A stretch of 64,000 nucleotides of DNA, from assembly GCA_964428475.1 (NCBI GenBank), contig CAYRYO010000001.1, forward strand, positions 16,702 to 80,701, read 5' to 3'. The position numbers were made by a program, and so were the translations under genes. Under the pieces are notes generated by a model. That model did no database searches. It saw nothing but the letters and a program-made list of their open reading frames with translations, and was not told the origin of the DNA. The stretch comes from an uncultured Tissierellaceae bacterium (GTDB taxonomy: Bacteria > Bacillota > Clostridia > Tissierellales > Tissierellaceae). This document shows, in pieces, positions 20,539 through 30,758 of this stretch (position 1 is the stretch's first letter; the number at the start of each line of letters is the position of its first letter).

Positions 20539-21597
20539 ATGTCTTACCCTAAGTTGAAAGTAAATCTAGATAAAATAAAGCAAAATGTAATTACTCTTGT
20601 AGAACTGTGCAGGAAAAACAATATAAAAGTAGCTGGTGTTACAAAGGTTTTTTGTGCAGATAAAAACCTTGTGGATATATATTTACAGGGTGGAGTGTCT
20701 TATCTCGCAGATTCCAGAATACAAAATTTAAAGAAAATGGATTATGCAGATATAAAAAAAATTCTGCTTAGACTTCCCATGATATCAGAAGCAGAGGAAG
20801 TGGTAAGATACGCTGATATATCTTTAAATTCAGAAATAGACACTATGAGAGAACTATCTAAAAAAGCGTTAGAAGTAGGTAAAATTCACAATATAATCTT
20901 AATGGTAGATTTAGGAGATTTGAGAGAAGGTTATTTTAGAGAAGAAGAACTTATGAAAGCAGTAGAAGAATTGATATTGCTAGAAGGCATAGAGCTTGTA
21001 GGATTAGGAACAAATATGACTTGCTATGGTGCAATTATACCAAAGCAAGAGCATTTAGATAGACTTATTGAGCTTAGACAAAAAATTGAATCTAAATATT
21101 CCTTAAACCTAGAAATTATATCTGGTGGAAATTCAAGTGCAATTTATTTGCTTGAAAAAGAAGACTTGAAAATAAACAACTTAAGACTTGGTGAATCCTT
21201 GGTTATTGGAAAAGAATCTGCATATGGAAATCAAATAGAAGGTACAGTAGATGATTCCTTTATTCTTGAAGTTGAAGTAATAGAAACTAAAGTAAAACCT
21301 TCACTTCCAATAGGAGAAACAGGAAAAGATGCTTTTGGGAAAACACCAGAATTTACAGATAGAGGAGATAGAATCAGAACTATATGTGCTATAGGTCAGC
21401 AAGATGTAAATTTAGATGGAATAAGTCTTATTGATAGTGATATTATATTACTTGGAGCTAGCTCTGACCACTTAATATTGGATACTACAGATAGTAAAAA
21501 AAGCTACAAGGTAGGAGATATAGTACAATTCAAATTAAGTTATAGTGGTATTTTAAGTACAATGACATCTTCTTATGTAGATAAAGATTTTATATAA
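20539..21597 (+). CDS. orr: Ornithine racemase (alanine racemase-fold PLP enzyme, Orr)
   Basis: Alr N-terminal TIM-barrel pattern with the PLP lysine (VAGVTKVF). 352 aa. Last gene of the ornithine operon. Confidence 0.75.
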   Translation: MSYPKLKVNLDKIKQNVITLVELCRKNNIKVAGVTKVFCADKNLVDIYLQGGVSYLADSRIQNLKKMDYADIKKILLRLPMISEAEEVVRYADISLNSEIDTMRELSKKALEVGKIHNIILMVDLGDLREGYFREEELMKAVEELILLEGIELVGLGTNMTCYGAIIPKQEHLDRLIELRQKIESKYSLNLEIISGGNSSAIYLLEKEDLKINNLRLGESLVIGKESAYGNQIEGTVDDSFILEVEVIETKVKPSLPIGETGKDAFGKTPEFTDRGDRIRTICAIGQQDVNLDGISLIDSDIILLGASSDHLILDTTDSKKSYKVGDIVQFKLSYSGILSTMTSSYVDKDFI

Positions 21598-21622
21598 AAA
21601 ACTAAATTGATTTAAAAATATA

Positions 21623-21666
21623 TCCCAAAAGGAAGATTGGTAAAATTAACTTTTGGGAATATATTT
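21623..21666 (+). terminator. Terminator-like hairpin after orr
   Basis: TCCCAAAAG (21623-21631) pairs with CTTTTGGGA (21650-21658), then ATATATTTT. The loop is long (18 nt). Confidence 0.5.
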
Positions 21667-21745
21667 TATATAGTGAAATTTAATTTAATTTGCACTAAGA
21701 TTAGAATAGAAAAAACAATAAAGGTATAGAAATGGAGGTTGAAAT

Positions 21746-22666
21746 ATGAGTAGAAAGATGCGTGGAAACTTAATGCTATTGTTTACAGCTTTTATTTGGG
21801 GAATTTCATTTGTTGCTCAAATAAGTGGAACAAAGGAAATTGAAGCATTTACATTTAATTTTTCAAGAAATATAGTAGCTGGATTTTCCTTGCTAGCCTT
21901 GATACAATTTTGGCCATATATTATGAAAAAACCTATGAATAAAGACACGGAAAAAATGAAAAGAGCTACTATAATGGGAGGAGTTGCGTGTGGAGTTGCA
22001 CTAACAGTAGCCATGTCATTTCAACAACTGGGGTTAAGTGGAGCTAATGCAACAACAGCAGGCAAAGCAGGATTTATTACAGCATTATACATAATCTTAG
22101 TACCATTAACTGGGATTTTTATTGGCAAGAGAATTAGCATTAGAATATGGTTATATGTATTTTTAGCTACTACAGGACTTTATTTATTAAGTATTAAGCA
22201 AGGCTTTTCAATCCAAATTGGAGATTTACTGGTTTTAGTATCTGCATTTTTTTATGCTTTACATATACTAATAATAGATCATTTTAGCCCCAAATCTAAT
22301 GGTGTAAAACTAAGTATGATTCAGTTTTTTGTGGCAGCATTTTTATCCGGTATTGCAATGTTACTTATTGAAGATGTCATCTGGAATAATGTTTTAAGTA
22401 GCGCAGTTCCCATTTTATATGCAGGTATGATTTCGAGTGGAGTAGGCTATACTCTTCAAATTATTGGTCAAAAAGATACTGACCCGACTATGGCAAGTTT
22501 GATATTAAGCTTAGAATCTGTTTTTGCTGTACTAGCAGGCGCTGTTATTTTAGGAGAAAGATTCAATTTGCGTGAAGGTATTGGATGTATAATAATGTTT
22601 ATTGCTATTATCTTAGCACAAATCCCTTCTAAATCACAAAGGAAAAAGCTTGAGGAAAATGATTAA
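21746..22666 (+). CDS. EamA/DMT-superfamily transporter
   Basis: 306 aa, ten predicted TM helices in two EamA-like halves. Confidence 0.85.
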   Translation: MSRKMRGNLMLLFTAFIWGISFVAQISGTKEIEAFTFNFSRNIVAGFSLLALIQFWPYIMKKPMNKDTEKMKRATIMGGVACGVALTVAMSFQQLGLSGANATTAGKAGFITALYIILVPLTGIFIGKRISIRIWLYVFLATTGLYLLSIKQGFSIQIGDLLVLVSAFFYALHILIIDHFSPKSNGVKLSMIQFFVAAFLSGIAMLLIEDVIWNNVLSSAVPILYAGMISSGVGYTLQIIGQKDTDPTMASLILSLESVFAVLAGAVILGERFNLREGIGCIIMFIAIILAQIPSKSQRKKLEEND

Positions 22667-22750
22667 GAACTATAGTATTAATTATCACTTGAATTTATTT
22701 GAATAAAGATTAATATAAAATTAGAGATATTAAAAAACAAAGGTGATTAA

Positions 22751-24088
22751 ATGGATTTATTTACATTAAATATGAAAGAAAAACTCAAAAAAAATGCACC
22801 CTTAGCAGATCGAATGAGACCCAAAACTGTGGATGATTTCTTGGGTCAAGATCATATATTAGGTGCGGGGAAATTTTTAAACAGAGCAATAGTTGCGGAT
22901 AGGATATCTTCAATGATATTTTATGGTCCTCCTGGAACTGGTAAAACAACACTTGCAAATATAATAGCAAATAGGACGGATATGATATTTGAAAAATTAT
23001 CTGCCGTGACTTCTGGTGTAAAGGATATAAGAGAAGTGATGGCACGAGCTGAAGAAACCCTTAAAATGAATAATAGAAGAACCATACTATTTATAGATGA
23101 AATTCACAGATTTAATAAATCTCAACAAGATGCGCTACTGCTTTCAGTAGAAAAAGGCATCATAATCCTTATAGGCGCAACCACAGAAAATCCTTATTTC
23201 GAGGTAAATAAGGCACTTTTATCTAGAGTCATGGTATTAGAACTTTACGGTCTTAGTAGAAAAAACTTAAGAAACTTAATAGAAAAAGCTTTAAAAGATA
23301 CGGGAAAAGGCCTTGGAAAGTATAATGTAAATATAGATGAGGAAGCTATAGACTATTTGATTACAATATCTGAAGGTGATGGTAGGACCCTTTTGAATTC
23401 TCTTGAAATAGGGGTATTATCGACTGAAGAAGACAGTGAAGGCATAAAATATATTGATTTGGAGACAATAAGATCATCAATACAAATTAAAACAGCCAAA
23501 TATGATAAAAATGGAGACGAACATTACAACACTATTTCAGCTTTTATAAAAAGTATAAGGGGTTCTGATCCGAATGCTACACTGTATTGGCTTGCCAAAA
23601 TGATAAATGCAGGAGAAGATCCTAAATTTATTGCAAGAAGAATAATTATATCTGCATCAGAAGATATTGGAAACGCAGATCCAAATGCAATAAACATAGC
23701 AGTATCTGCATTTAATGCAGTAAATGTAATTGGAATGCCAGAAGGCAGGATAATTTTAGCACAAGCAGCTATTTATATGGCAACTGCACCTAAGTCAAAT
23801 AGATCCTACTTGGCTATAGATAAAGCATTAGAAGATATAAGGGAAAGAGAAATAGGCGATATTCCGACACATCTAAAAGATGGTCACTATGCTGGAGCAA
23901 AAAACTTAGGAAATGGGATAGGATATAAAAATCCACATAATCACCAGAATAGTCATCTGTATCAGCAGTATTTGCCTAATAAATTTAAAGACAGAAAATA
24001 TTACAATCCTACAGAAAGTGGCTATGAAAAAATCATAAAAGCTAGAATGCAGGAATTTTCTAATAATATAGTTGACAAAGATGATTAA
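22751..24088 (+). CDS. rarA: Replication-associated recombination protein A (RarA/MgsA AAA+ ATPase)
   Basis: LADRMRPKTVDDFLGQ, Walker A GPPGTGKTT, Walker B LFIDEIHRFNK, and the MgsA C-terminal domain (DEHYN.ISAFIKS.RGSDPNA.LYWLA). Confidence 0.93.
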   Translation: MDLFTLNMKEKLKKNAPLADRMRPKTVDDFLGQDHILGAGKFLNRAIVADRISSMIFYGPPGTGKTTLANIIANRTDMIFEKLSAVTSGVKDIREVMARAEETLKMNNRRTILFIDEIHRFNKSQQDALLLSVEKGIIILIGATTENPYFEVNKALLSRVMVLELYGLSRKNLRNLIEKALKDTGKGLGKYNVNIDEEAIDYLITISEGDGRTLLNSLEIGVLSTEEDSEGIKYIDLETIRSSIQIKTAKYDKNGDEHYNTISAFIKSIRGSDPNATLYWLAKMINAGEDPKFIARRIIISASEDIGNADPNAINIAVSAFNAVNVIGMPEGRIILAQAAIYMATAPKSNRSYLAIDKALEDIREREIGDIPTHLKDGHYAGAKNLGNGIGYKNPHNHQNSHLYQQYLPNKFKDRKYYNPTESGYEKIIKARMQEFSNNIVDKDD

Positions 24089-24100
24089 AGTAACTATAAT
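24072..24100 (+). promoter_or_regulatory. Consensus sigma-A promoter for the asnS T-box leader
   Basis: TTGACA (24072-24077), 17-nt spacer, TATAAT (24095-24100). The -35 element lies inside the last codons of rarA. Confidence 0.6.
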
Positions 24101-24106
24101 AATATG

Positions 24107-24366
24107 AAATAGAATAAAACAAACAACTATGATGGGAAAAGTAAATTAAAGTAATAGTTAAAGGGAGTCTATGATAGTGGGACATAGATACTATTCTTTT
24201 ATTGAAGAACACCCCGGAGTTTCTAACTGAAATCATATGAAAGTAGGATTAGAGGGAATCATACCCTTATATATGAAACACATATGTGTAAGAGTGGCTT
24301 ATTAGCAATTAGGGTGGTACCGCGGAAGATAAACTTTCGTCCTTTTGGATGAGAGTTTTTTATATT
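24107..24366 (+). promoter_or_regulatory. T-box riboswitch leader (Asn-specific candidate) with terminator
   Basis: Canonical T-box sequence AATTAGGGTGGTACCGCGG at 24308-24326. Terminator AAACTTTCGTCC/GGATGAGAGTTT plus T-run at 24331-24361. Candidate specifier GAAG-AAC-A with AAC at 24208-24210. Downstream gene is asnS. Confidence 0.85.
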
Positions 24367-24400
24367 TTTTGATTAAATTTAATGGGAGGAATGAGTAAAT

Positions 24401-25789
24401 ATGAAAACCACAATTAGAGAAATTAACAAAAATACACAAGAATATCTTGATAAATCAGTGGAAATAGAAGGCTGGATAAGGACCTCCAGAACTTCAAAAA
24501 AATTTGGATTTATAGAATTAAATGATGGTACGTTTTTTCACAATTTACAAATAGTTATAGAAGATAATTTAGGTAACTTTAAAGAGATAAGTAAACTTCC
24601 AATTAGTTCTTCTATTAGAGTGCAAGGCAAATTAGTATCTACAGAGGGGTCAAAACAAGCATTTGAAATAAAAGCAGAAAAAATTGAAGTGGAAGGGATG
24701 TCTTCATCAGACTATCCATTACAAAAGAAAAGACATGGTTTTGAATACATGAGAACTATTGCGCATTTAAGACCTAGGGCTAATACATTCAATGCAGTGT
24801 TTAGAGTTAGATCTGTGCTTTCATATGCAATACACAAATTTTTTAATGAGAGAGGATTTGTATATGTTCATACACCTATAATAACAGCATCAGATGCTGA
24901 AGGAGCAGGCGAAATGTTTGGGGTATCAACATTAGATATCAAGAATCCACCTCTAACAGATAATGGTGAAATAGATTATTCAAATGACTTTTTCTCTGAA
25001 AAAGTAGGGCTTACAGTAACTGGACAATTACAAGGTGAGGCATTTGCCCATGCATTTAGAGACATCTACACATTTGGACCCACTTTTAGAGCTGAAAATT
25101 CAAATACTGCAAGGCATGCCGCTGAATTTTGGATGATAGAGCCAGAAATAGCTTTTGCAGATTTAAAAGATAATATGCAATTGGCAGAAGATATGATGAA
25201 ATATATAATAAAATATGTATTGGAAAATGCAAAAGAAGAAATGGAATTCTTTAATTCATTTATTGATAAAGGATTATTTGAAAGACTTAAAAACATAGTT
25301 GAGAATGATTTTGGAAGAATCACATATACAGAAGCTATTGAAATACTTAAAGAATCAGGAGAAGAGTTCCAATATCCCGTAGAGTGGGGAATGGATCTTC
25401 AAACTGAACATGAAAGATATATATCAGAAGAAGTATTTAAAAAGCCTGTATTTGTAACAGACTACCCAAAAGAAATAAAGGCATTCTATATGAAACTCAA
25501 TGAAGACGGTAAGACTGTTGCAGCAATGGATTTATTAGTTCCTGGAATAGGAGAGATAATAGGTGGATCTCAAAGGGAAGAAAGGTTAGATGTACTTGAA
25601 CAGAAAATAATAGAAAATGGAATGAATCCTGAAGAATACTGGTGGTATTTAGAACTTAGAAAATACGGAGGTACAATTCACTCCGGGTATGGACTTGGAT
25701 TTGAAAGAGCTTTAATGTATATAACTGGAATGGCTAACATAAGAGATGTAATTCCATTTCCAAGAACAGTTCATTCAGCTAAATTTTAA
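24401..25789 (+). CDS. asnS: Asparagine--tRNA ligase
   Basis: Class IIb aaRS with an OB-fold N-terminus, motif 2 ([21 protein letters not shown]) and motif 3 ([13 protein letters not shown]). Confidence 0.95.
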   Translation: MKTTIREINKNTQEYLDKSVEIEGWIRTSRTSKKFGFIELNDGTFFHNLQIVIEDNLGNFKEISKLPISSSIRVQGKLVSTEGSKQAFEIKAEKIEVEGMSSSDYPLQKKRHGFEYMRTIAHLRPRANTFNAVFRVRSVLSYAIHKFFNERGFVYVHTPIITASDAEGAGEMFGVSTLDIKNPPLTDNGEIDYSNDFFSEKVGLTVTGQLQGEAFAHAFRDIYTFGPTFRAENSNTARHAAEFWMIEPEIAFADLKDNMQLAEDMMKYIIKYVLENAKEEMEFFNSFIDKGLFERLKNIVENDFGRITYTEAIEILKESGEEFQYPVEWGMDLQTEHERYISEEVFKKPVFVTDYPKEIKAFYMKLNEDGKTVAAMDLLVPGIGEIIGGSQREERLDVLEQKIIENGMNPEEYWWYLELRKYGGTIHSGYGLGFERALMYITGMANIRDVIPFPRTVHSAKF

Positions 25790-25805
25790 CTATAAGGAGG
25801 AAAAT

Positions 25806-28217
25806 ATGAAAGAATATAAACCAAATGAAATAGAAAAAAAATGGCAAGATATATGGGATAGTGAAGAGCCGTTTAAAGTAGAGAGTGGAAGTGATAAAGA
25901 AAAATTTTATGCATTAGTAGAATTTCCATATCCATCAGGAGAAGGTCTACATGTAGGACACCCTAGACCATATACGGCATTAGATATACTGTCAAGAAAA
26001 AGAAGGCTTGAAGGATATAATGTTCTTTTCCCAATGGGATGGGATGCATTTGGACTTCCAACGGAAAATTACGCAATAAAGCATAAAATCCATCCTAGAG
26101 AAGTTACCAAAAAAAATATAGCTAGATTTAAAGCTCAATTAAAATCCATAGGATTTTCATTTGACTGGTCTAGGGAGGTAAATACTACGGATCCAGATTA
26201 TTATAAATGGACTCAGTGGATTTTCTTGAAATTATTTGAAAAAGGATTAGCATACAAACAAGAAATGCCTATCAACTGGTGTACATCATGCAAAGTAGGA
26301 CTTGCAAACGAAGAAGTAGTAGGTGGAACTTGCGAGCGTTGCAATGGAGAGGTAATTAGAAAAGTAAAAAATCAATGGATGCTAAGGATAACAGAATATG
26401 CAGATAGACTGATAAGTGATTTAGATACTGTGAATTATATTGAGAGAGTAAAGATTCAACAAAAGAACTGGATAGGAAAATCAATAGGGATGGAAGTTGA
26501 TTTTAAGGTATCTGGTAAAGAAGAAAAGTTAAGAATATTTACTACTAGGCCGGATACTTTATTTGGGGCAACTTATATGGTGCTATCAACTGAACATCCG
26601 CTAATAGAAAAATATTCTAGTGATATTAGCAATTTAGATGAAATAAAAAAATATCAGGAAGCTGCAAGCAAGAAATCTGAATTTGAAAGAACAGAATTGG
26701 CAAAAGATAAGACAGGAGTTGAAATACAAGGACTAAAAGCAATAAATCCTGTAAATGGACAGGAAATGCCTATTTGGATTTCAGACTATGTACTTATGAG
26801 TTACGGTACAGGTGCCATAATGGCTGTTCCTGGACATGACAGTCGTGATTGGGAATTTGCAAAGAAATTTGGCCTTCCTATAGTAGAAGTAGTAAGCGGT
26901 GGAAATGTAGAAAAAGAAGCATATGTAGATACATCAACTGGCACCATAGTAAATTCAGATTTTATAAATGGGATGGAAGTAAAAGATGCTATCCAATATA
27001 TATCAAAATGGTTGGAAGATAGAAAACTTGGAACTAAAAAGACTAATTTCAAACTTCGTGACTGGGTATTTTCAAGACAAAGGTACTGGGGAGAACCTAT
27101 ACCATTAGTATATTGTAAAGATTGTGGCTGGGTACCAGTAGCTGAGAGTGAGCTTCCTATAGTACTTCCAGAATTAGAAGATTATCAAATGACAGAAACA
27201 GGAGAATCACCTCTTTCAAAGATAAGAGATTGGGTAGAGACTACTTGCCCTAAATGTGGTGGTAAAGCCGAAAGAGAAACTGATACTATGCCACAATGGG
27301 CAGGTTCATCATGGTATTTCTTAAGATATATTGACCCAGATAATAGTGAAGCTTTCGCATCTAAAGAAGCACTTGATTACTTTACGCCTGTTGATTGGTA
27401 TAATGGTGGAATGGAACATACTACACTTCACTTATTATATTCAAGATTTTGGCATAAATTCTTATATGATATAGGTCAAGTACCTACATCTGAACCATAT
27501 AAGAAGAGAACTTCTCATGGAATGATACTTGGAGATAATAACGAAAAAATGTCAAAATCAAGAGGTAATGTAATAAATCCTGATGATATAGTAAGTGATT
27601 ATGGAGCGGACACACTTAGAACCTATGAAATGTTTATAGGAGACTTTGAAAAATCAGTTCCTTGGTCTGAAAATGGAGTAAAAGGATGTAGAAGATATCT
27701 AGAAAGAGTATGGAAACTTCAAGATATAATAGTAGATGGAGAAGAATATACTCCTGAACTTGAATCTAGCATACACAAGACAATAAAAAAGGTCTCTGAA
27801 GACTTTGAAACATTAAAATACAACACTGGAATTGCGACATTGATGGCTTTATTAAATGAATTCAATGATTATGGAAAGATAAATAAAAAAGATCTTGAGA
27901 CTTATCTAATTCTTTTAAACCCAGTAGCTCCACATATAACTGAAGAAATATGGGATATTCTTGGATACAAAGGATATTTACATCAAAGTACATGGCCGGT
28001 CTATGACGAAGCTAAGACAAAAGATAGCATTATAGAAATGCCTATCCAAGTAAATGGGAAAGTAAGAGCTACAATTGAAATTTCTGTAGATGCTACAAAA
28101 GAACAAATAAAAGAAAAAGCAATAGCTGATGAAAATATAAGTAAATTTTTAGATGGGAAAACTGTAGTTAAAGAAATATTTGTACCAGGAAGAATATATA
28201 ATATAGTTATAAAATAA
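25806..28217 (+). CDS. leuS: Leucine--tRNA ligase
   Basis: HVGH (HIGH) motif, KMSKS motif, CP1 editing domain, 803 aa. Confidence 0.97.
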   Translation: MKEYKPNEIEKKWQDIWDSEEPFKVESGSDKEKFYALVEFPYPSGEGLHVGHPRPYTALDILSRKRRLEGYNVLFPMGWDAFGLPTENYAIKHKIHPREVTKKNIARFKAQLKSIGFSFDWSREVNTTDPDYYKWTQWIFLKLFEKGLAYKQEMPINWCTSCKVGLANEEVVGGTCERCNGEVIRKVKNQWMLRITEYADRLISDLDTVNYIERVKIQQKNWIGKSIGMEVDFKVSGKEEKLRIFTTRPDTLFGATYMVLSTEHPLIEKYSSDISNLDEIKKYQEAASKKSEFERTELAKDKTGVEIQGLKAINPVNGQEMPIWISDYVLMSYGTGAIMAVPGHDSRDWEFAKKFGLPIVEVVSGGNVEKEAYVDTSTGTIVNSDFINGMEVKDAIQYISKWLEDRKLGTKKTNFKLRDWVFSRQRYWGEPIPLVYCKDCGWVPVAESELPIVLPELEDYQMTETGESPLSKIRDWVETTCPKCGGKAERETDTMPQWAGSSWYFLRYIDPDNSEAFASKEALDYFTPVDWYNGGMEHTTLHLLYSRFWHKFLYDIGQVPTSEPYKKRTSHGMILGDNNEKMSKSRGNVINPDDIVSDYGADTLRTYEMFIGDFEKSVPWSENGVKGCRRYLERVWKLQDIIVDGEEYTPELESSIHKTIKKVSEDFETLKYNTGIATLMALLNEFNDYGKINKKDLETYLILLNPVAPHITEEIWDILGYKGYLHQSTWPVYDEAKTKDSIIEMPIQVNGKVRATIEISVDATKEQIKEKAIADENISKFLDGKTVVKEIFVPGRIYNIVIK

Positions 28218-28234
28218 TAATAAAATTTAATTTT

Positions 28235-28280
28235 AAATCCTCTATAGCAACGATATATAAGTGCTATAGAGGATTTTTTA
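28235..28280 (+). terminator. Rho-independent terminator after leuS
   Basis: AAATCCTCTATAGC (28235-28248) pairs with GCTATAGAGGATTT (28263-28276), followed by a T-run. Confidence 0.8.
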
Positions 28281-28332
28281 TTTAGCAGCACAAAAATATC
28301 ATAATAAATCTTATCATAATTGATACTATTGC

Positions 28333-28374
28333 AAATTAAAATTACTATCTAAAAAATTAAAATTACTATCTAAA
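28333..28374. repeat. Perfect 21-bp tandem duplication
   Basis: AAATTAAAATTACTATCTAAA occurs twice back to back (28333-28353 and 28354-28374) in the leuS-degV intergenic region. Confidence 0.9.
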
Positions 28375-28496
28375 TAACAAATCATAAAAACATATTATAT
28401 TATTTTATATTGGAGTATAAATGAGTTGTAAATAGAGTATAAGTATGCAATAATATGATGATTATAAAATTACTTTCAAAATTAAAGGAGGAAAAT

Positions 28497-29327
28497 ATGA
28501 CAAGGATTAAAATAATAACAGATAGTACAGCATATTTAACTAAAGAATATGTAAAACAAGAAGACATTTCAGTAGTACCTTTAAATTACGTATTTGGAGA
28601 TGAAACTGGTACAGAGCCATTTCCAGGAGAATTTGAAGACTTCTATAATAAATTAGAAAACACAAAGTTATTTCCATCAACATCTCAACCTTCTGCAGGA
28701 GAGTTCTTTAATGTTTTTAATGATTCTTTTGAAGATGGTTATGATGAAATAATAGCAATTGTTTTATCTTCTAAATTAAGCGGAACATATAACAGTGGAG
28801 TACTTGCAAAAAACATGTTAGAGGATAAAAAAGTTACTATTATTGATTCCTTAAATGCTGCTTCTAATATGAGATTTTTAGTAGAAGATGCTGTGGAGAT
28901 GGTAAAAAACGGAAGGTCATCTAAAGAGATTGAAATGCATATAAATCAAAAAAAAATAAATATGTCCATTTATTTAACTACTGAGACATTAAAATATCTA
29001 AGTAGGGGTGGTAGATTATCTTCTGTGCAATCAAAGATAGGAAATTTATTAAATATAAAACCTATATTAGAGCTAAAGGATGGAGAACTTAGTTTATTAG
29101 AAAAATTACGTGGGAAAAATAAAGCGTTACAATCCATGATAGATAAGATTCCAGAAGATGTAAAACAGATAGGTATATCTCATATATTAAATAAAGAAGC
29201 TGCAGAAAAAATAAAAAATATTTTAAATAAAAAGTTTCCAAATATAGAAATTCAAATAGATGAACTGGGTCCTGTAATAGGTGCACATCTAGGACCTAAA
29301 GGTATAGGAATATGTATTTCTAAATAA
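28497..29327 (+). CDS. DegV family fatty-acid-binding protein
   Basis: IKIITDSTAYL N-terminus, SQPS and LSSKLSGTY motifs, YLSRGGR. ATG at 28497 follows an AAGGAGG RBS. Confidence 0.9.
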   Translation: MTRIKIITDSTAYLTKEYVKQEDISVVPLNYVFGDETGTEPFPGEFEDFYNKLENTKLFPSTSQPSAGEFFNVFNDSFEDGYDEIIAIVLSSKLSGTYNSGVLAKNMLEDKKVTIIDSLNAASNMRFLVEDAVEMVKNGRSSKEIEMHINQKKINMSIYLTTETLKYLSRGGRLSSVQSKIGNLLNIKPILELKDGELSLLEKLRGKNKALQSMIDKIPEDVKQIGISHILNKEAAEKIKNILNKKFPNIEIQIDELGPVIGAHLGPKGIGICISK

Positions 29328-29410
29328 TTTCAATTAAATAGTGTTAAAGTATCAATAATATGATATAATTATAACAAACAGCATTTTAATTATATACGGA
29401 GGTGTATTTT

Positions 29411-30367
29411 GTGAGAAAAATATTAGTCACAGGAGCATTAGGTCAAATTGGTTCAGAATTAACTACTAAGCTAAGAGAAGTATATGGAGTAGACAATGTA
29501 ATTGCAAGTGGTAGAAGAGTAAAAGAAGGTCACGAAAAACTTATTGAATCAGGTCCTTTTGAAATAGTAAATATACAAGAGGAAAAACAGATAACAGATA
29601 TAGTGAAAAAATATAATATAAATACAATAATAAACCTTGCAGCACTTCTTTCCGCAGTAGGAGAAAAAGATCCTGAAAAGTGTTGGGATGTAAATATGAA
29701 TGGGCTGTATAATGTATTGGAGGTTGGAAGAAAGGAAAATTGCATGATATTTACACCAAGTTCTATAGCTGCATTTGGTCCAAGTACGCCACCTGATAAC
29801 ACTCCGCAGGATACAATTCAAAGACCAACTACTATGTATGGAGTTACAAAAGTAGCAGGAGAAATACTTTGTGATTATTATTATAAAAAGTTTGGAGTAG
29901 ACACTAGAGGTGTTAGATTCCCAGGACTTATATCCTATGAAACACTTCCAGGTGGTGGAACTACAGACTACGCAGTTCATATATATTATGATGCATTAAA
30001 AAATGGAGAGTATACAAGTTTTATCGGTAAAGGAACTCAAATGGATATGATGTATATGCCCGATGCAATAGATGCAATAATAGACTTAATGGAAGCAGAT
30101 CCATCCAAGCTTATTCATAGAAATGCATTTAATGTAACTGCAATGAGTTTTACACCTGAAGACTTAGAGGCATCTATTAAAAAAGTAATACCTGAGTTTA
30201 AATTATATTATGATGTAGATCCTGAAAGACAGGCTATTGCAGATACTTGGCCAAACTCACTAGATGATACAGCTGCAAGGGAAGAATGGGGCTGGGATCC
30301 AAAATATGACATCGATGCAATGACTAATGATATGCTAGAGAAATTAAAAATTAAATTAAACTTATAA
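29411..30367 (+). CDS. NAD-dependent epimerase/dehydratase, L-threonine 3-dehydrogenase-like (extended SDR)
   Basis: ILVTGALGQIGSEL Rossmann motif, catalytic YGVTK (YxxxK), about 318 aa. Resembles short-chain TDH. GTG start after GGAGG. Confidence 0.75.
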   Translation: MRKILVTGALGQIGSELTTKLREVYGVDNVIASGRRVKEGHEKLIESGPFEIVNIQEEKQITDIVKKYNINTIINLAALLSAVGEKDPEKCWDVNMNGLYNVLEVGRKENCMIFTPSSIAAFGPSTPPDNTPQDTIQRPTTMYGVTKVAGEILCDYYYKKFGVDTRGVRFPGLISYETLPGGGTTDYAVHIYYDALKNGEYTSFIGKGTQMDMMYMPDAIDAIIDLMEADPSKLIHRNAFNVTAMSFTPEDLEASIKKVIPEFKLYYDVDPERQAIADTWPNSLDDTAAREEWGWDPKYDIDAMTNDMLEKLKIKLNL

Positions 30368-30420
30368 AAAGCCATAAAAAAACTACTGTCTATATAGATG
30401 GTAGTTTTTTATGGCTTTTT
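30366..30420 (+). terminator. Rho-independent terminator
   Basis: AAAAAGCCATAAAAAAACTAC pairs with GTAGTTTTTTATGGCTTTTT, a long, nearly perfect stem. Confidence 0.8.
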
Positions 30421-30482
30421 ATATTAATGTAACAAAATAAATATTAATAAATATCCTATATAGTATGAAAGGAGAAATTCAT

Positions 30483-30758
30483 ATGCAAAATAATTATTAT
30501 CTAGCTATATTTAAAACTAAAAACAAAGCAGTATTTTTATACTCTATACTTGAAAACATAGGATATAAAAATTTCGCACTTGTATCTGCACCCTGCAATA
30601 TTAGGGTTGGATGTAATTATGCAATTAGATTTAAAAACAAAAACTATATAGATATTATATTGAAAGAATCAGACAATCTAGATATAGATCCTCCTGAAAT
30701 ATATCTTGGAGATAGTTCAAGGGGTGGATTTAAATATAAGAAGATTACTATTTACTAA
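30483..30758 (+). CDS. DUF3343 domain protein (putative Se/S carrier-like)
   Basis: About 91 aa. YLAIFKTKNKAVFLYSILENIGY...VSAPCNIRVGCNYAIRF fits the DUF3343 pattern with its conserved Cys. ATG at 30483 follows a GGAG RBS. Confidence 0.65.
   Translation: MQNNYYLAIFKTKNKAVFLYSILENIGYKNFALVSAPCNIRVGCNYAIRFKNKNYIDIILKESDNLDIDPPEIYLGDSSRGGFKYKKITIY

Noticed and set aside
29549-29980. 143-aa and 90-aa ORFs antisense to the TDH-like epimerase gene
   Set aside because: They are shadow ORFs within a gene that has clear Rossmann and YxxxK motifs. Their translations are Tyr/Phe/Ile/Cys-rich or otherwise low-complexity nonsense typical of AT-rich antisense frames.
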